From contig CAXXHB010000002.1 in assembly GCA_963664815.2 (NCBI GenBank), positions 192,001 to 256,000 of the forward strand: a stretch of DNA of 64,000 nt, given 5' to 3'. Below are positions 8,656-18,784 of the stretch, piece by piece; position 1 is the stretch's first letter, and every line of letters starts with the position of its first letter. Made by a program: the position numbers and the translations under genes. Source of the DNA: Spirochaetota bacterium (GTDB lineage: Bacteria > Spirochaetota > UBA4802 > UBA5550). Under the pieces are notes generated by a model. That model was not told where the DNA came from. It saw nothing but the letters and a program-made list of their open reading frames with translations, and did no database searches.

Positions 8656-11600
8656 ATGGAATTTATTAATATCTCACAAAAAATATTTCATAAAGGAATT
8701 ATAAATAGCAGTTCAAGTTGCGAAAGCGATTTATTTAAAGCAGAGAATATTCTTAATGACAGAGGTCATTGGTGTACCAAGAAAAGAAACGCCGCCATCA
8801 AAGAATACACAATTATTGATTTTGAGAAAAATGTACCGATTGATTACATAAAAATAACAGCTTCATCAGGTGGATCATCAACCTTCCCGAATGGATTCCG
8901 TCTTGAAGGGAGCAATGATAGTGAAACATGGTCAATACTTTACAGTGAAAACAATACATCTCTCGAAGAAAACATTCACGAAGTCCATCTTCCGCTTACA
9001 ATAATACGTTTTCTCAAATTATTAATTACTGATCCTGCGGTACTCGAAACCCATTATTATTCCGAGATAGGAAGAGTTGAAGCAGGAATTTTTGGCATCC
9101 TTGAATTATCAGCAAGCAGTTTTACCGGGCAAAATCCTCTTGAAAACCTGCTTAACGAAGACCCTGGACTTTACTGGGAATCTGCCCAGAACTCAACAGC
9201 TATAATGGAATCGATTAAGATCGATCTTGGAAAAACTTTTTGCATAAACAGGATTCTTCTCGGTTCTGTAAATGAAGGCTTTCCGGAGAGCTTTCATGTA
9301 GAAACTTCTGTTGATAACGAGATATGGATAACTCTCCTTCATGAGAAAGGATTTGATGTTGAAAACGGTAAAAAGTATTCGTGGGAAACAGATATCAGAC
9401 CTTCCAGGTTTATAAGATTTGAGGCTCCCGGGAAACTTCTTTTAAACGGGAAATATGGTCTAAGGCTTTCGGAGTTGTCTGTTTTTGCAGCTCCGGTAAA
9501 CCATCTTCATACACATACCATTGGAGATATATCTCCACATGCTTCAGTTTTTCATGCAGGGATGGTGAGACTCTCAAGAGATGGTGAAAGTGTTCCAGGT
9601 ACAGTAGTTCAATCTTCAGACAGCAGACTCAGAGATGCATCAACCGTGTTTAAAGGGATTGTTCAGCTTTCCAACGATTCTGATATAGCACATGGTCTAG
9701 CTGTACAGGCCAGTGATTCAAGACTCCTTCCTGCTACGGAACAAAGAGCAGGGATAGTCCGGCTAGCTTACAATCGGGAAACCAGCATTAATTCTGTTGT
9801 ACAATCCAGTGATTCAAGACTTCAGCATGCCAGTGAAGATAATTTCGGAATTGTAAGGATATGTCAAGATGGAGAATATAAAGAACATTCAGTAGTTTCT
9901 GGCAATGACACAAGGCTGCATAAGGCTACAACTTCATCATATGGTATATGCAAATTGGCGGAAGACGGAGGTTCGGATTTTGGTACAGTTGTCCAGGCCA
10001 ACGACAGAAGACTGATGGAAGCATCAACTTATAGTAAAGGAATTGTTAAAATTGCAGCTGATGGTGAAATTTCCGGAGACTCTGTTGTAGTATCAACAGA
10101 TAAACGCCTTAAAGATGCAACAACAAAATATAAGGGTATAGTAGAACTCGCTGAAGATGGTGAAGAAACAGCCAATGTTGTTGTACAGGGTAATGATAAA
10201 CGTCTTAAAAATGCCACAGTACAAAGCCGAGGAATTGTTGAACTTGCCGAAGATGGTGAGGATAAAGCTGATGTTGTTGTTCAGGGTAATGATAAACGTC
10301 TTAAAAATGCCACAGTACAAAGCCGGGGAATTGTTGAACTTGCCGAAGATGGTGAGGATAAAGCTGATGTTGTTGTTCAGGGTAATGATAAACGTCTTAA
10401 AAATGCCACTGAACTATCCTATGGAATAGTAAAATTTGCCTCTGACGGATCTACAGAAAACTTTTCTGCAGTTCAGGGAAGTGATAAAAGGTTAAAAGAT
10501 GCAACTATTCTGAGAAAGGGGATTGTTGAACTTGCAGAGAACGGCGAAGAGAGTGAAGGTGTCGTCGTACAGGGCAATGATAAAAGACTTAAAGACGCAA
10601 CTACCACCAGTAAGGGGATTGTTGAACTTGCAGAGAACGGCGAAGAGAATGAAGGTGTCGTCGTACAGGGCAATGATAAAAGACTTAAAGACGCAACTAC
10701 CACCAGTAAGGGGATTGTTGAACTTGCAGAGAACGGCGAAGAGAATGAAGGTGTCGTCGTACAGGGCAATGATAAAAGACTTAAAGACGCAACTACCACC
10801 AGTAAGGGGATTGTTGAACTTGCAGAGAACGGCGAAGAGAATGAAGGTGTCGTCGTACAGGGCAATGATAGAAGACTTAAAGACGCAACTACCATCAGTA
10901 AGGGGATAGTTGAATTTGCAGAGAACGGCGAAGATAAAGAGTTTGTCGCTGTTCAGGGAAATGACAGAAGGCTAAAACCAGCTTCAGAAAAAGATGCCGG
11001 AATTGTAAGATTTTCTGCAAATGGTGAAAGCGGACATAACCTCGCTGTCAAGGCTGATGATAAAAGGCTTAATGATAAAAGAGATCCTCTGCCGCATATC
11101 CATGACTATGCTCCTGTTAAACATGAATACGTGAGCCATACAGGTACTATATCAGTAAAAGAAAAGAAAAATGAACCGTTCAGTGAAATTACACCTCCAT
11201 CTGACGGTTCTTCGGTAATTTATGGGAACAATCTCTCTGATAAACCATTTTCAATTGGTATAGCCGGAATATCCGGCGCAATGGCTAATGAGAAAATCAG
11301 CAGTTACGGGGTTTTGGGCCATAGTACTCATGTTGGAGTAAGAGGTCAGTCTGCAGGGAAAGATAGTTCAGGTGCAGGAATTGTTGGAATTTCAAGATTC
11401 GGCACAGGAGGAATTTTTTCAAGCGAACACGAATTTTCTCTTATAGCGGATGGTTCAGGAGCTGTTCTTCATAAATTTGACGAAAATCTTAATCTATCCG
11501 GCAACGGAAAAGCTCTGCTTGTATCCGGTGTGTCACAATTCGAAGGTAAAATATTTGTAAAAGGTTACGGCAACGCCGAATTCCCCGGAGGACTTGCCGA

Positions 11601-11991
11601 ACTCTTTGAGGTTGATGAAGCTGAATATGTCTCTCCTGGTGATATTCTTATAGTAAACGAAAGAGGAAATTCAATCCTTTCAAAATCAAAAAGCAGTTAT
11701 AGTCAATCAGTTATAGGAATTATATCAGGAAATCCTTATATAATAATAAATAACAGCGGAAAAGAGGAAAAGCTCTACCCTGTTGTTCTTGCCGGAAAAG
11801 CTCTCTGCAGAGTGGATGCAAGAAACAATCCGGTGAAAGCTGGCGATCTTATCGTCACATCGGAGACAACAGGTTGCGGCATGACCGGGAAGATAGATTC
11901 ATTTGAAAAAATCGGAACTGTAATAGGAAAAGCTTTGCATGGTCTTGAAGAAGGAATCGGCTTGATCCCGATATTTGTTACTCATCTGTAA
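8656..11991 (+). CDS. discoidin (F5/8 type C) domain protein with phage tail-fibre-like repeats and a C-terminal chaperone-like domain
   Basis: GGAG precedes ATG 8656 (GTG 8641 is an alternative). Two discoidin-like domains (FPNGFRLEGSNDSETW; FPESFHVETSVDNEIW), 16 AT..KGIVxL repeats, and a C-terminal LAELFE..PGD..GDLIVTS..VIGKAL domain. Confidence 0.8.
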   Translation: MEFINISQKIFHKGIINSSSSCESDLFKAENILNDRGHWCTKKRNAAIKEYTIIDFEKNVPIDYIKITASSGGSSTFPNGFRLEGSNDSETWSILYSENNTSLEENIHEVHLPLTIIRFLKLLITDPAVLETHYYSEIGRVEAGIFGILELSASSFTGQNPLENLLNEDPGLYWESAQNSTAIMESIKIDLGKTFCINRILLGSVNEGFPESFHVETSVDNEIWITLLHEKGFDVENGKKYSWETDIRPSRFIRFEAPGKLLLNGKYGLRLSELSVFAAPVNHLHTHTIGDISPHASVFHAGMVRLSRDGESVPGTVVQSSDSRLRDASTVFKGIVQLSNDSDIAHGLAVQASDSRLLPATEQRAGIVRLAYNRETSINSVVQSSDSRLQHASEDNFGIVRICQDGEYKEHSVVSGNDTRLHKATTSSYGICKLAEDGGSDFGTVVQANDRRLMEASTYSKGIVKIAADGEISGDSVVVSTDKRLKDATTKYKGIVELAEDGEETANVVVQGNDKRLKNATVQSRGIVELAEDGEDKADVVVQGNDKRLKNATVQSRGIVELAEDGEDKADVVVQGNDKRLKNATELSYGIVKFASDGSTENFSAVQGSDKRLKDATILRKGIVELAENGEESEGVVVQGNDKRLKDATTTSKGIVELAENGEENEGVVVQGNDKRLKDATTTSKGIVELAENGEENEGVVVQGNDKRLKDATTTSKGIVELAENGEENEGVVVQGNDRRLKDATTISKGIVEFAENGEDKEFVAVQGNDRRLKPASEKDAGIVRFSANGESGHNLAVKADDKRLNDKRDPLPHIHDYAPVKHEYVSHTGTISVKEKKNEPFSEITPPSDGSSVIYGNNLSDKPFSIGIAGISGAMANEKISSYGVLGHSTHVGVRGQSAGKDSSGAGIVGISRFGTGGIFSSEHEFSLIADGSGAVLHKFDENLNLSGNGKALLVSGVSQFEGKIFVKGYGNAEFPGGLAELFEVDEAEYVSPGDILIVNERGNSILSKSKSSYSQSVIGIISGNPYIIINNSGKEEKLYPVVLAGKALCRVDARNNPVKAGDLIVTSETTGCGMTGKIDSFEKIGTVIGKALHGLEEGIGLIPIFVTHL
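9541..11076 (+). repeat. intragenic tandem repeat, 16 x 96 bp (32 aa)
   Basis: Units start every 96 bp from 9541 (e.g. 10213, 10501, 10981). The units at 10597 and 10693 are identical in DNA; those at 10213/10309 and 10789 are nearly identical to their neighbours. Confidence 0.95.
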
Positions 11992-12053
11992 ATTTTAACA
12001 ACAAATAACAGTTAGAGTTTAAGGAATCCAACCTTCTTTTAATATTATTCCTC

Positions 12054-12827
12054 TCAGGGCTTCATCGTGTCTACAAGATTCTTTTCAGATTTGTTCAGGA
12101 TGGAATTTGTATAGTCGTTCAGTTCTTGTGAGTATTTTTTGCTAATATAGATTATTTTTCTGCAAAAAGGTTTTTTCTCATACTGGTCAATCCACATTAT
12201 TACGATTGTATTTTCCGAATCCCAGGTCATTGCCCCCTGGTTGTCTTTTACATTTTCTCCCGTATGATTCCCGTATTTTTGCTGAATTTTCTGATAAACC
12301 TGATCTCTGTCAAGATAGGGAAAAGTTATTGAAACATAAAGGAGTTTACCCTCGTCTTTTTCAGGAGTTGTTGCAGACTGCTTATCAGTAGTCGGTTTAG
12401 TTTCATCTTTTTTGGGCTCATTTTTTTTCGGTTCTTCTTTTTTAAGTTCCTCTTTTTTCAATGAAACTGTTTCAGCAGAAGGTTCCTTGTAAAAAAAGCC
12501 GTAATAATATTCTACTTCATTGTCTTTTGAAATTATTATTCTTTTTTCATCTGTAAACGATAATATTCCGGTAATTTTGTCTCTGGCATCTGAAAGGTAC
12601 ATTCCCCATGTAAGATTACCATATCCGTCTGGAATTTTTCCGGATTTTTCTTCATTTGTTCCAGGTTTGGCTGTATCTTTGTTTTCTGTTTTTTTGTCGT
12701 TTTTAATTTCTTTTTTTACTTCCGTTTTTGTATCGGATTTTATTACAGCTTTTTCTGCCGGCTTATTCTGGGCATAGACAGCGGATGCCAATAAAAATAT
12801 AATTAACAGTACATATGATCTGCGCAT
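12054..12827 (-). CDS. exported hypothetical protein with Lys/Glu-rich linkers
   Basis: Signal peptide MRRSYVLLIIFLLASAVYA and low-complexity KKEEPKK tracts. Confidence 0.75.
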   Translation of the reverse strand: MRRSYVLLIIFLLASAVYAQNKPAEKAVIKSDTKTEVKKEIKNDKKTENKDTAKPGTNEEKSGKIPDGYGNLTWGMYLSDARDKITGILSFTDEKRIIISKDNEVEYYYGFFYKEPSAETVSLKKEELKKEEPKKNEPKKDETKPTTDKQSATTPEKDEGKLLYVSITFPYLDRDQVYQKIQQKYGNHTGENVKDNQGAMTWDSENTIVIMWIDQYEKKPFCRKIIYISKKYSQELNDYTNSILNKSEKNLVDTMKP

Positions 12828-12899
12828 AATTTCCCCTCTGAAAAAAGCTTGAAATACTATTTTAATTATCGACAGAATTAAAAGAAAGAGATACTTTTT

Positions 12900-13934
12900 T
12901 CAAAGAATTGCAACTTTTACATTATCAAAATCTGTAACTTCTCCTATCAAATGTGGATTGTTTCCATTACTTCTAAGCAAACTGATTATTTTATCAGCAG
13001 ATTTTTCAGATATAATAAGTATCATCCCGATACCCATATTAAAGGTTGTATACATCTCTCTTTCAGTAATTTCACCCTCCTTTTCCATTATTTTAAAGAT
13101 CGGTGGAATAGTGTATGAATTTTTTAAAATTTTTACAGAAGTTTTCTCAGGGAGAATACGGGGAATATTTTCATAGAATCCGCCCCCAGTTATATGGACA
13201 ATCCCTTTTATATTGATACCAGCGTTAATGATCGAGTGGAGAGATTTGACATAAATTTTTGTCGGTGTCAATAAAACATTTCCAAGTTCATCATCGAGAT
13301 CGCTTAGTCTTGTTGAAGGATTATATTTTTTTCCTTCGAAAAATATTTTTCTTACAAGCGAATACCCGTTTGAATGAATACCACTCGAAGGGAGCCCGAT
13401 GATCAGATCCCCTTTGACAATATTCTCACCGTTAATAATTTTTTTTTTGTCAACAACTCCGACCGAAAAACCGGCAATATCATAATCATCCGCATCCATT
13501 ATCCCCGGATGTTCAGCAGTCTCTCCTCCTACAAGTGAACATTCTGACTGCATGCATCCTTCGGCAATACCTTTTACTACATCGACAAGTACATCTTCAT
13601 GTAATTTCCCGCAGGATATGTAATCAAGAAAGAAGAGTGGTTTTGCTCCACTGGTTACTATATCGTTTACACACATAGCCACGGCATCAATTCCAATTGT
13701 ATCATGTTTGTTCATCATTTGTGCTATTTTCAGTTTTGTACCAACACCATCAGTTCCTGAAACAAGAACAGGTTCCTCCATATTTTTAAAATTCGCGGCA
13801 TAAAGTGATCCAAAACCTCCGATGTCGGCAAGAACATCATTTGTAAAAGTGCTTCTGACAAACGGGGCAATCCTTTTTACAAATCTGTTTCCCCCTTCTA
13901 CATCAACTCCTGCATCCTTATATGTTATTGACAT
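12900..13934 (-). CDS. purM: phosphoribosylformylglycinamidine cyclo-ligase (AIR synthetase)
   Basis: Motifs TYKDAGVD, GTDGVGTKL, GGETAEHPG, SSGIHSNGYSLVRK, HITGGG, TFNMGIG. Confidence 0.97.
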   Translation of the reverse strand: MSITYKDAGVDVEGGNRFVKRIAPFVRSTFTNDVLADIGGFGSLYAANFKNMEEPVLVSGTDGVGTKLKIAQMMNKHDTIGIDAVAMCVNDIVTSGAKPLFFLDYISCGKLHEDVLVDVVKGIAEGCMQSECSLVGGETAEHPGIMDADDYDIAGFSVGVVDKKKIINGENIVKGDLIIGLPSSGIHSNGYSLVRKIFFEGKKYNPSTRLSDLDDELGNVLLTPTKIYVKSLHSIINAGINIKGIVHITGGGFYENIPRILPEKTSVKILKNSYTIPPIFKIMEKEGEITEREMYTTFNMGIGMILIISEKSADKIISLLRSNGNNPHLIGEVTDFDNVKVAIL

Positions 13935-13948
13935 GTTTATCTCCGGAA

Positions 13949-14479
13949 TTATTTTATAATTGAATAAGAATACACATCTCTCGGTATTGGAGAAATATTA
14001 GGATGAAGTGAATATTTTCTTAATATTCCTTCTTTAATCAATCCGGCATTTTCCATTACTTTTGCTGACGCGCTGTTTTCAATATCACATACACCACATA
14101 CTCTGTATATTGAATCGATTGCAAAGGCATACTTAACAACTCTTTTCAAGGATTCAGTCATAAAACCTTTGCCCCATTCATTTTTCATCAACACGTAGCC
14201 GAAATTTGCCCTGCAACTTTCCAGTTTAAGGTCAATCATTCCTATTAACTGATTATCAACTTTATTTACTATACACCATGCAATACGGCCGCCATGATCA
14301 AAATCCATTACGCAGGAATTTAAAAAATCATAAGTATCCTGTATCCTCCTGTGAGTTTTCCACATTAAATACTTTGTAACATCGGAATCTTTGGCATATT
14401 TATTAAATATAGCATCAGCATCTGTTATAACAGGTTTTCTTAGTATAAGACGCTCTGTTTCAATAAAAGTTGTATTCAT
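13949..14479 (-). CDS. GNAT N-acetyltransferase, RimJ/RimL type
   Basis: Motifs IETERLILR, WGKGFMTE, NSASAKVMENAG..EG. Confidence 0.88.
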   Translation of the reverse strand: MNTTFIETERLILRKPVITDADAIFNKYAKDSDVTKYLMWKTHRRIQDTYDFLNSCVMDFDHGGRIAWCIVNKVDNQLIGMIDLKLESCRANFGYVLMKNEWGKGFMTESLKRVVKYAFAIDSIYRVCGVCDIENSASAKVMENAGLIKEGILRKYSLHPNISPIPRDVYSYSIIK

Positions 14480-14671
14480 AGATATATACTACATCAAACT
14501 AAATACAAAAAAATATTTTTAAATCATTCTTTGTAAAGTATTATTTGCCAACAATTTTAATCGTCTTTTTCATTTAAAAAAAAGTATTTCATATTTTATG
14601 AAACAACATTTCTGGCTCAGATCAACAAGAGGGCCGTTTTTAAAACTGAAATTCAGAATTATGAGAACTTT

Positions 14672-15355
14672 CTATCTTTTATATCCATTATCGGGAGGAA
14701 GATTCTCCCCATGCGCTGCAGATACGGCAAGTTCATCACATCTTTCATTAAGAGGATTCCCCGCATGCCCCTTTACCCAGATAAAAGTAACTTTTAAAGG
14801 TTCTACAAGATCAAGAAGCTCGCTCCAGAGATCTTGATTAACTGCGGGTTTTTTATCAGATTTGATCCAGTTGTTATTCCGCCAGCTCTTTGCCCACCCT
14901 TTTGTAATTCCGTTAACTACATACCTTGAATCAGTGTAGATTTTAACAGGAATATTTTTATACTCAAGGTTTCTTAGTGCCACAATTACACCCATAAGCT
15001 CCATCCTGTTATTTGTTGTCAGACGAAATCCTCCGGAAATTTCTTTTTTTTCATTACTGTATATCTGGACAACTCCAAAACCTCCAGGGCCTGGATTACT
15101 GGAGCTTCCCCCGTCAGTGTATATAATTACTTCTTCTGTTTTATTTGATGATGTATTTTCCGACAAACTCTCTTTAACCTTGATTAAATCTGAACCGGTT
15201 ATACTGTTAAGCCATTCATCAGCTTCTGCAACTGAAGGGAATCCTTTAAATACAGCACCGGGAAATCCTTCAATCTGGGACTGGGCGGCAGGCCAATTGT
15301 TATATATACCTGGCTTGCGGCCTTTTGCAACAGCGTAAAATTTCTTTGTACTCAT
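14672..15355 (-). CDS. rnhA: ribonuclease HI with N-terminal hybrid-binding domain
   Basis: N-terminal KFYAVAKGRKPGIY..W (Cauli_VI/HBD); catalytic motifs IYTDGG..NPGPGG, TTNNRMEL, TDS, WVKGHAG, NERCD. Confidence 0.95.
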   Translation of the reverse strand: MSTKKFYAVAKGRKPGIYNNWPAAQSQIEGFPGAVFKGFPSVAEADEWLNSITGSDLIKVKESLSENTSSNKTEEVIIYTDGGSSSNPGPGGFGVVQIYSNEKKEISGGFRLTTNNRMELMGVIVALRNLEYKNIPVKIYTDSRYVVNGITKGWAKSWRNNNWIKSDKKPAVNQDLWSELLDLVEPLKVTFIWVKGHAGNPLNERCDELAVSAAHGENLPPDNGYKR

Positions 15356-15359
15356 GAAT

Positions 15360-16253
15360 TTATATTTTACTCATATTTATATCTATAAGTTTATCTTTTT
15401 TCAACCAGATATTATTAAGCCAGTCTTTAAACTCATTCTGAAATTTTTCATCCTCAATATCCGCTTTTGCAAATTTATCAGGAATTTCAAGTGTTTCAAT
15501 AAAAACATCAATTTTTCTTACTTTCCCGCAAATAAAGTCCCACATAGTCCCAACACCATCAGGATATACAATTGTAACATCAAGCAGCTTATGAAACCTG
15601 TCCCCCATCGCTGAAATAGTAAAAGAAAGACCTCCGGCTTTTGGTTTTAGCAAATGTTTATATGGAGACATTTGCCTGTCATGCTTTTCTCTGGTCAATC
15701 TTGTTCCCTCCGGGAATGTCATCACCGTAATATAGTTGGTTTTAAATCTTTCACATGCTTTTCGGGTAATTTCAATGTCCTTCCCTTTCAGTTTCGGGTT
15801 TTTTTGAACCTGTTCCTTCGTAAATCGTTTCATAAATGGAAAATCGAGAGCCCACCATGCAGGACCCATGATTGGAACCCATATAAGCTCCTTCTTTAGA
15901 AAAAACTTGATGAAGGGAATTTTACCATATAAAACTTTCTGAAGGATTACTATATCAACCCACGATTGATGATTTGAAATTACAAGATACCATTCCTTAA
16001 TGTTTAATTTTTCAGCACCTGTTATTCTCCACTCAATTGGAAAAAAACATTCAATAAATAATGAATTAATAAAGACCCAGTTACTTGCTATTCTGATTAA
16101 TATTTTTCCTGTAAAAACACGCCACCATTTGATAGGTATTATAATTTTTATAAAAGTAAATAGAAAGAGCTGTACTGCTGTCTGAAGAATATTCAAAACC
16201 AGAAAAATAAAAAATAGACATCCGAAAAGATTAGAGGTAATAATTTTTAACAT
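15360..16253 (-). CDS. PlsC-family acyltransferase, YihG-like
   Basis: Motifs NHQSWVD (HX4D), KFFLKKELIWVP, FPEGTR, LLKPKAGG. Confidence 0.9.
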   Translation of the reverse strand: MLKIITSNLFGCLFFIFLVLNILQTAVQLFLFTFIKIIIPIKWWRVFTGKILIRIASNWVFINSLFIECFFPIEWRITGAEKLNIKEWYLVISNHQSWVDIVILQKVLYGKIPFIKFFLKKELIWVPIMGPAWWALDFPFMKRFTKEQVQKNPKLKGKDIEITRKACERFKTNYITVMTFPEGTRLTREKHDRQMSPYKHLLKPKAGGLSFTISAMGDRFHKLLDVTIVYPDGVGTMWDFICGKVRKIDVFIETLEIPDKFAKADIEDEKFQNEFKDWLNNIWLKKDKLIDINMSKI

Positions 16254-16395
16254 TTATTATTTCCTATTTTAAAATTTAAATCTACACAAGCTTATAATAA
16301 CGTTACATCAACAATATATACTTTTTCTGTCAAATATTATAAACTCCATATTTAAGAGCTTCAGGCTTAATTAGACTTATATCCTTTGATAGAGT

Positions 16396-18534
16396 TTAAT
16401 CTCTCCCCAGATAATAGAGTCTACAAATACTTATTGTTTCATAATCAATCATTCCATTAAGAGCTTCATATGCAGGTTTAAGTCTGTCTATGCCGGTAAG
16501 TTCAAATGCATTGATAATTGTAAATAAAATATTTTTATCAGCCGGGATCAATGGCAAGAGGAGGTCCTTTCTTACATATCCACCATATTTAATATATCGG
16601 AAAAGGTATTCTATTATCGTCCTCTTTTGAATTCCTTCTCTCACTGTTATCTCGTCTATAGGAATTCCTGAGTTATATAACTCACTTATTCCAATATAAC
16701 GTGGAGTTTTTTGTGAAGCCTTCATATCGGTATTATTATCTATTCCGTGTTTACAACAATATTCTGTTACTATCAAAATAAGTATATCTCCATACTTTTT
16801 AACTTTTTGAACACCTATTCCATGTATCTTTAGAAGTGAATCATGGTTTCGCGGGTACAAGCTTGCTATTTCTAAAAGTGTTTTATCAGAAAAAATTATA
16901 TAAGGGGGAACATTTTCCGACATGGCCAGTTCCTTCCGTTTTTCGCGAAGTATTTCAAACAACTCTTCGGTATATTCCTTTTTACCTGTATCAGAATTAT
17001 GTTTTTTAGCACCATCCTGCAAATTACCAAAAACTTTATCCGTTCCTTTCATAACATCATATGCCTTTCCCGTCAATTTCAGCACACCGGGAACTTCAGA
17101 ATCATTGTGGATAAGTTTCTGCTTTATAAACTGACGGACAAGGTTCATCCAAAAATCTTTTGTATACTCTTTCCCAATCCCATATGTTGAAAGTGAATTA
17201 TGATTAAAAACGCTTATCTTTTTTGATTTTGATCCGCGCAGAATATCAATAATATATCCTGCTCCGAATTTTTCTCCGGTTCTTTTTATGCATGATAGAA
17301 ACATCTGCGCCTGAACCGTAATATCTTCACTCTGTTCTTCCGGAGCTAAACAGTTATCGCACATTCCGCAAAATGGTTCATTATATTCCTCACCAAAATA
17401 TTTAATAAGAGGTATTCTTCTGCAACCTGAAGTGTCAGCATAATCGACAAGGGCATTTAATTGTGTCATTGCTGTTCTTTTCTCTTCGTTATCGCTCTTT
17501 TGATCTATAAAATATCTTATTTTATGGATATCCGAATAACTATATAGAAGAAGGCATGTAGAATCAACTCCATCCCTCCCCGCCCGGCCGGTTTCCTGGT
17601 AATATGACTCAATACTTTTAGGAAGATCAAAATGTATCACATATCGGACATTAGTTTTATGTATCCCCATACCAAATGCAATTGTTGCTACCATAATCTG
17701 CACTTCCTCCTTTAAAAAAAGCTCCTGGTTTTCTTTTCTTTCTTCATCTGATAAACCTGCATGATACGGCCTTGCTCTGTATCCGCACTTTTGAAGTCTG
17801 GAGAACAATCGATCAACACTATCCCTCGAAAAACAGTATATTATACCAGATTCGTTTTTAAACTGTTCTAAAAAATCCAGAATCTGTTTAAATGGATTAT
17901 TTTTATGAATAATTTTATAGAAAAGATTCTCCCTGTTAAAACTCGCAACAAAATCATTCGATTCATTCATTTCAAGATTTTTCCTTATATCTGATCTTAC
18001 CCTTGCTGTTGCAGTCGCAGTTAGGGCTATACATACAGCATCCGGAAAACGTTTCCTTACATGAGCTATCTTTCTGTATTCCGGACGGAAATCATGACCC
18101 CATTCCGAAATACAGTGAGCTTCATCAATGGCAATACAGTCAACCTTCACCGAATCAAGAAATTCGAGTATATCACTTTTAAGAAGAGTTTCCGGAGCTA
18201 CATAAAGCAGTCTCACATCACCATTCCTGATTTTCTGAATATTATCTGAATATTCAACTCTGGAAATTGAACTGTTAAGCAGAACTGTTTCAATCCCAAG
18301 CTGTTTCATCTGATCGACCTGATCTTTCATCAAAGATATCAGTGGGGAGACAACTACTGTCAGACCATTAAAAATCAAAGCCGGAAGCTGATAGCAGAGT
18401 GATTTCCCCCCTCCCGTAGGCATTACTACAAGAACGTCTTTTTTATTTACTACCGATGTTATAATTTCCTGTTGCAGAAAACGAAAATTATTATATCCAA
18501 ATACTTTTTTTAAAATCTCTTTTTCTCTAATCAT
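16396..18534 (-). CDS. recQ: ATP-dependent DNA helicase RecQ
   Basis: Motifs MPTGGGKSLCYQLPA, DEAHCISEWGHDFRPEY, QETGRAGRDG; Zn/RQC region (CGMCDNC); HRDC (VPPYIIFSDKTL). Confidence 0.96.
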   Translation of the reverse strand: MIREKEILKKVFGYNNFRFLQQEIITSVVNKKDVLVVMPTGGGKSLCYQLPALIFNGLTVVVSPLISLMKDQVDQMKQLGIETVLLNSSISRVEYSDNIQKIRNGDVRLLYVAPETLLKSDILEFLDSVKVDCIAIDEAHCISEWGHDFRPEYRKIAHVRKRFPDAVCIALTATATARVRSDIRKNLEMNESNDFVASFNRENLFYKIIHKNNPFKQILDFLEQFKNESGIIYCFSRDSVDRLFSRLQKCGYRARPYHAGLSDEERKENQELFLKEEVQIMVATIAFGMGIHKTNVRYVIHFDLPKSIESYYQETGRAGRDGVDSTCLLLYSYSDIHKIRYFIDQKSDNEEKRTAMTQLNALVDYADTSGCRRIPLIKYFGEEYNEPFCGMCDNCLAPEEQSEDITVQAQMFLSCIKRTGEKFGAGYIIDILRGSKSKKISVFNHNSLSTYGIGKEYTKDFWMNLVRQFIKQKLIHNDSEVPGVLKLTGKAYDVMKGTDKVFGNLQDGAKKHNSDTGKKEYTEELFEILREKRKELAMSENVPPYIIFSDKTLLEIASLYPRNHDSLLKIHGIGVQKVKKYGDILILIVTEYCCKHGIDNNTDMKASQKTPRYIGISELYNSGIPIDEITVREGIQKRTIIEYLFRYIKYGGYVRKDLLLPLIPADKNILFTIINAFELTGIDRLKPAYEALNGMIDYETISICRLYYLGRD

Positions 18535-18784
18535 TTTTCTCTCTTTTATTCGTTTTATATTCTTCTGCTAAAATCCGCAAACTTTACTTAAGAAAACTGA
18601 ATTTATCACTTAATTCTCATGAATCACATCAACTGCAAAACATTTATACAGTTGTCTATATATACGATCAATAAATCAGAAATTAAAAACTTCAAAAAAA
18701 ATTTTTTGCACCCATATTTTGATAGTTTTGTTTTAATGACAGATAATTAATATTTCAACAATATATAGAAACTGTGAGGTTCTA

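Noticed and set aside
10029-10909. Repeat array as a CRISPR, and the overlapping alternative-frame ORFs
   Set aside because: The units are contiguous in-frame 96-bp coding repeats with no unique spacers and no cas genes. The shadow ORFs are by-products of the repeat.
8656-11991. Prophage
   Set aside because: The fibre-like gene is flanked by a hydrolase operon and purM, with no capsid, terminase, tail or integrase genes.
12861-12900. sigma28 promoter (GTCGATAA on the minus strand)
   Set aside because: There is no TAAA -35 element at the required spacing.
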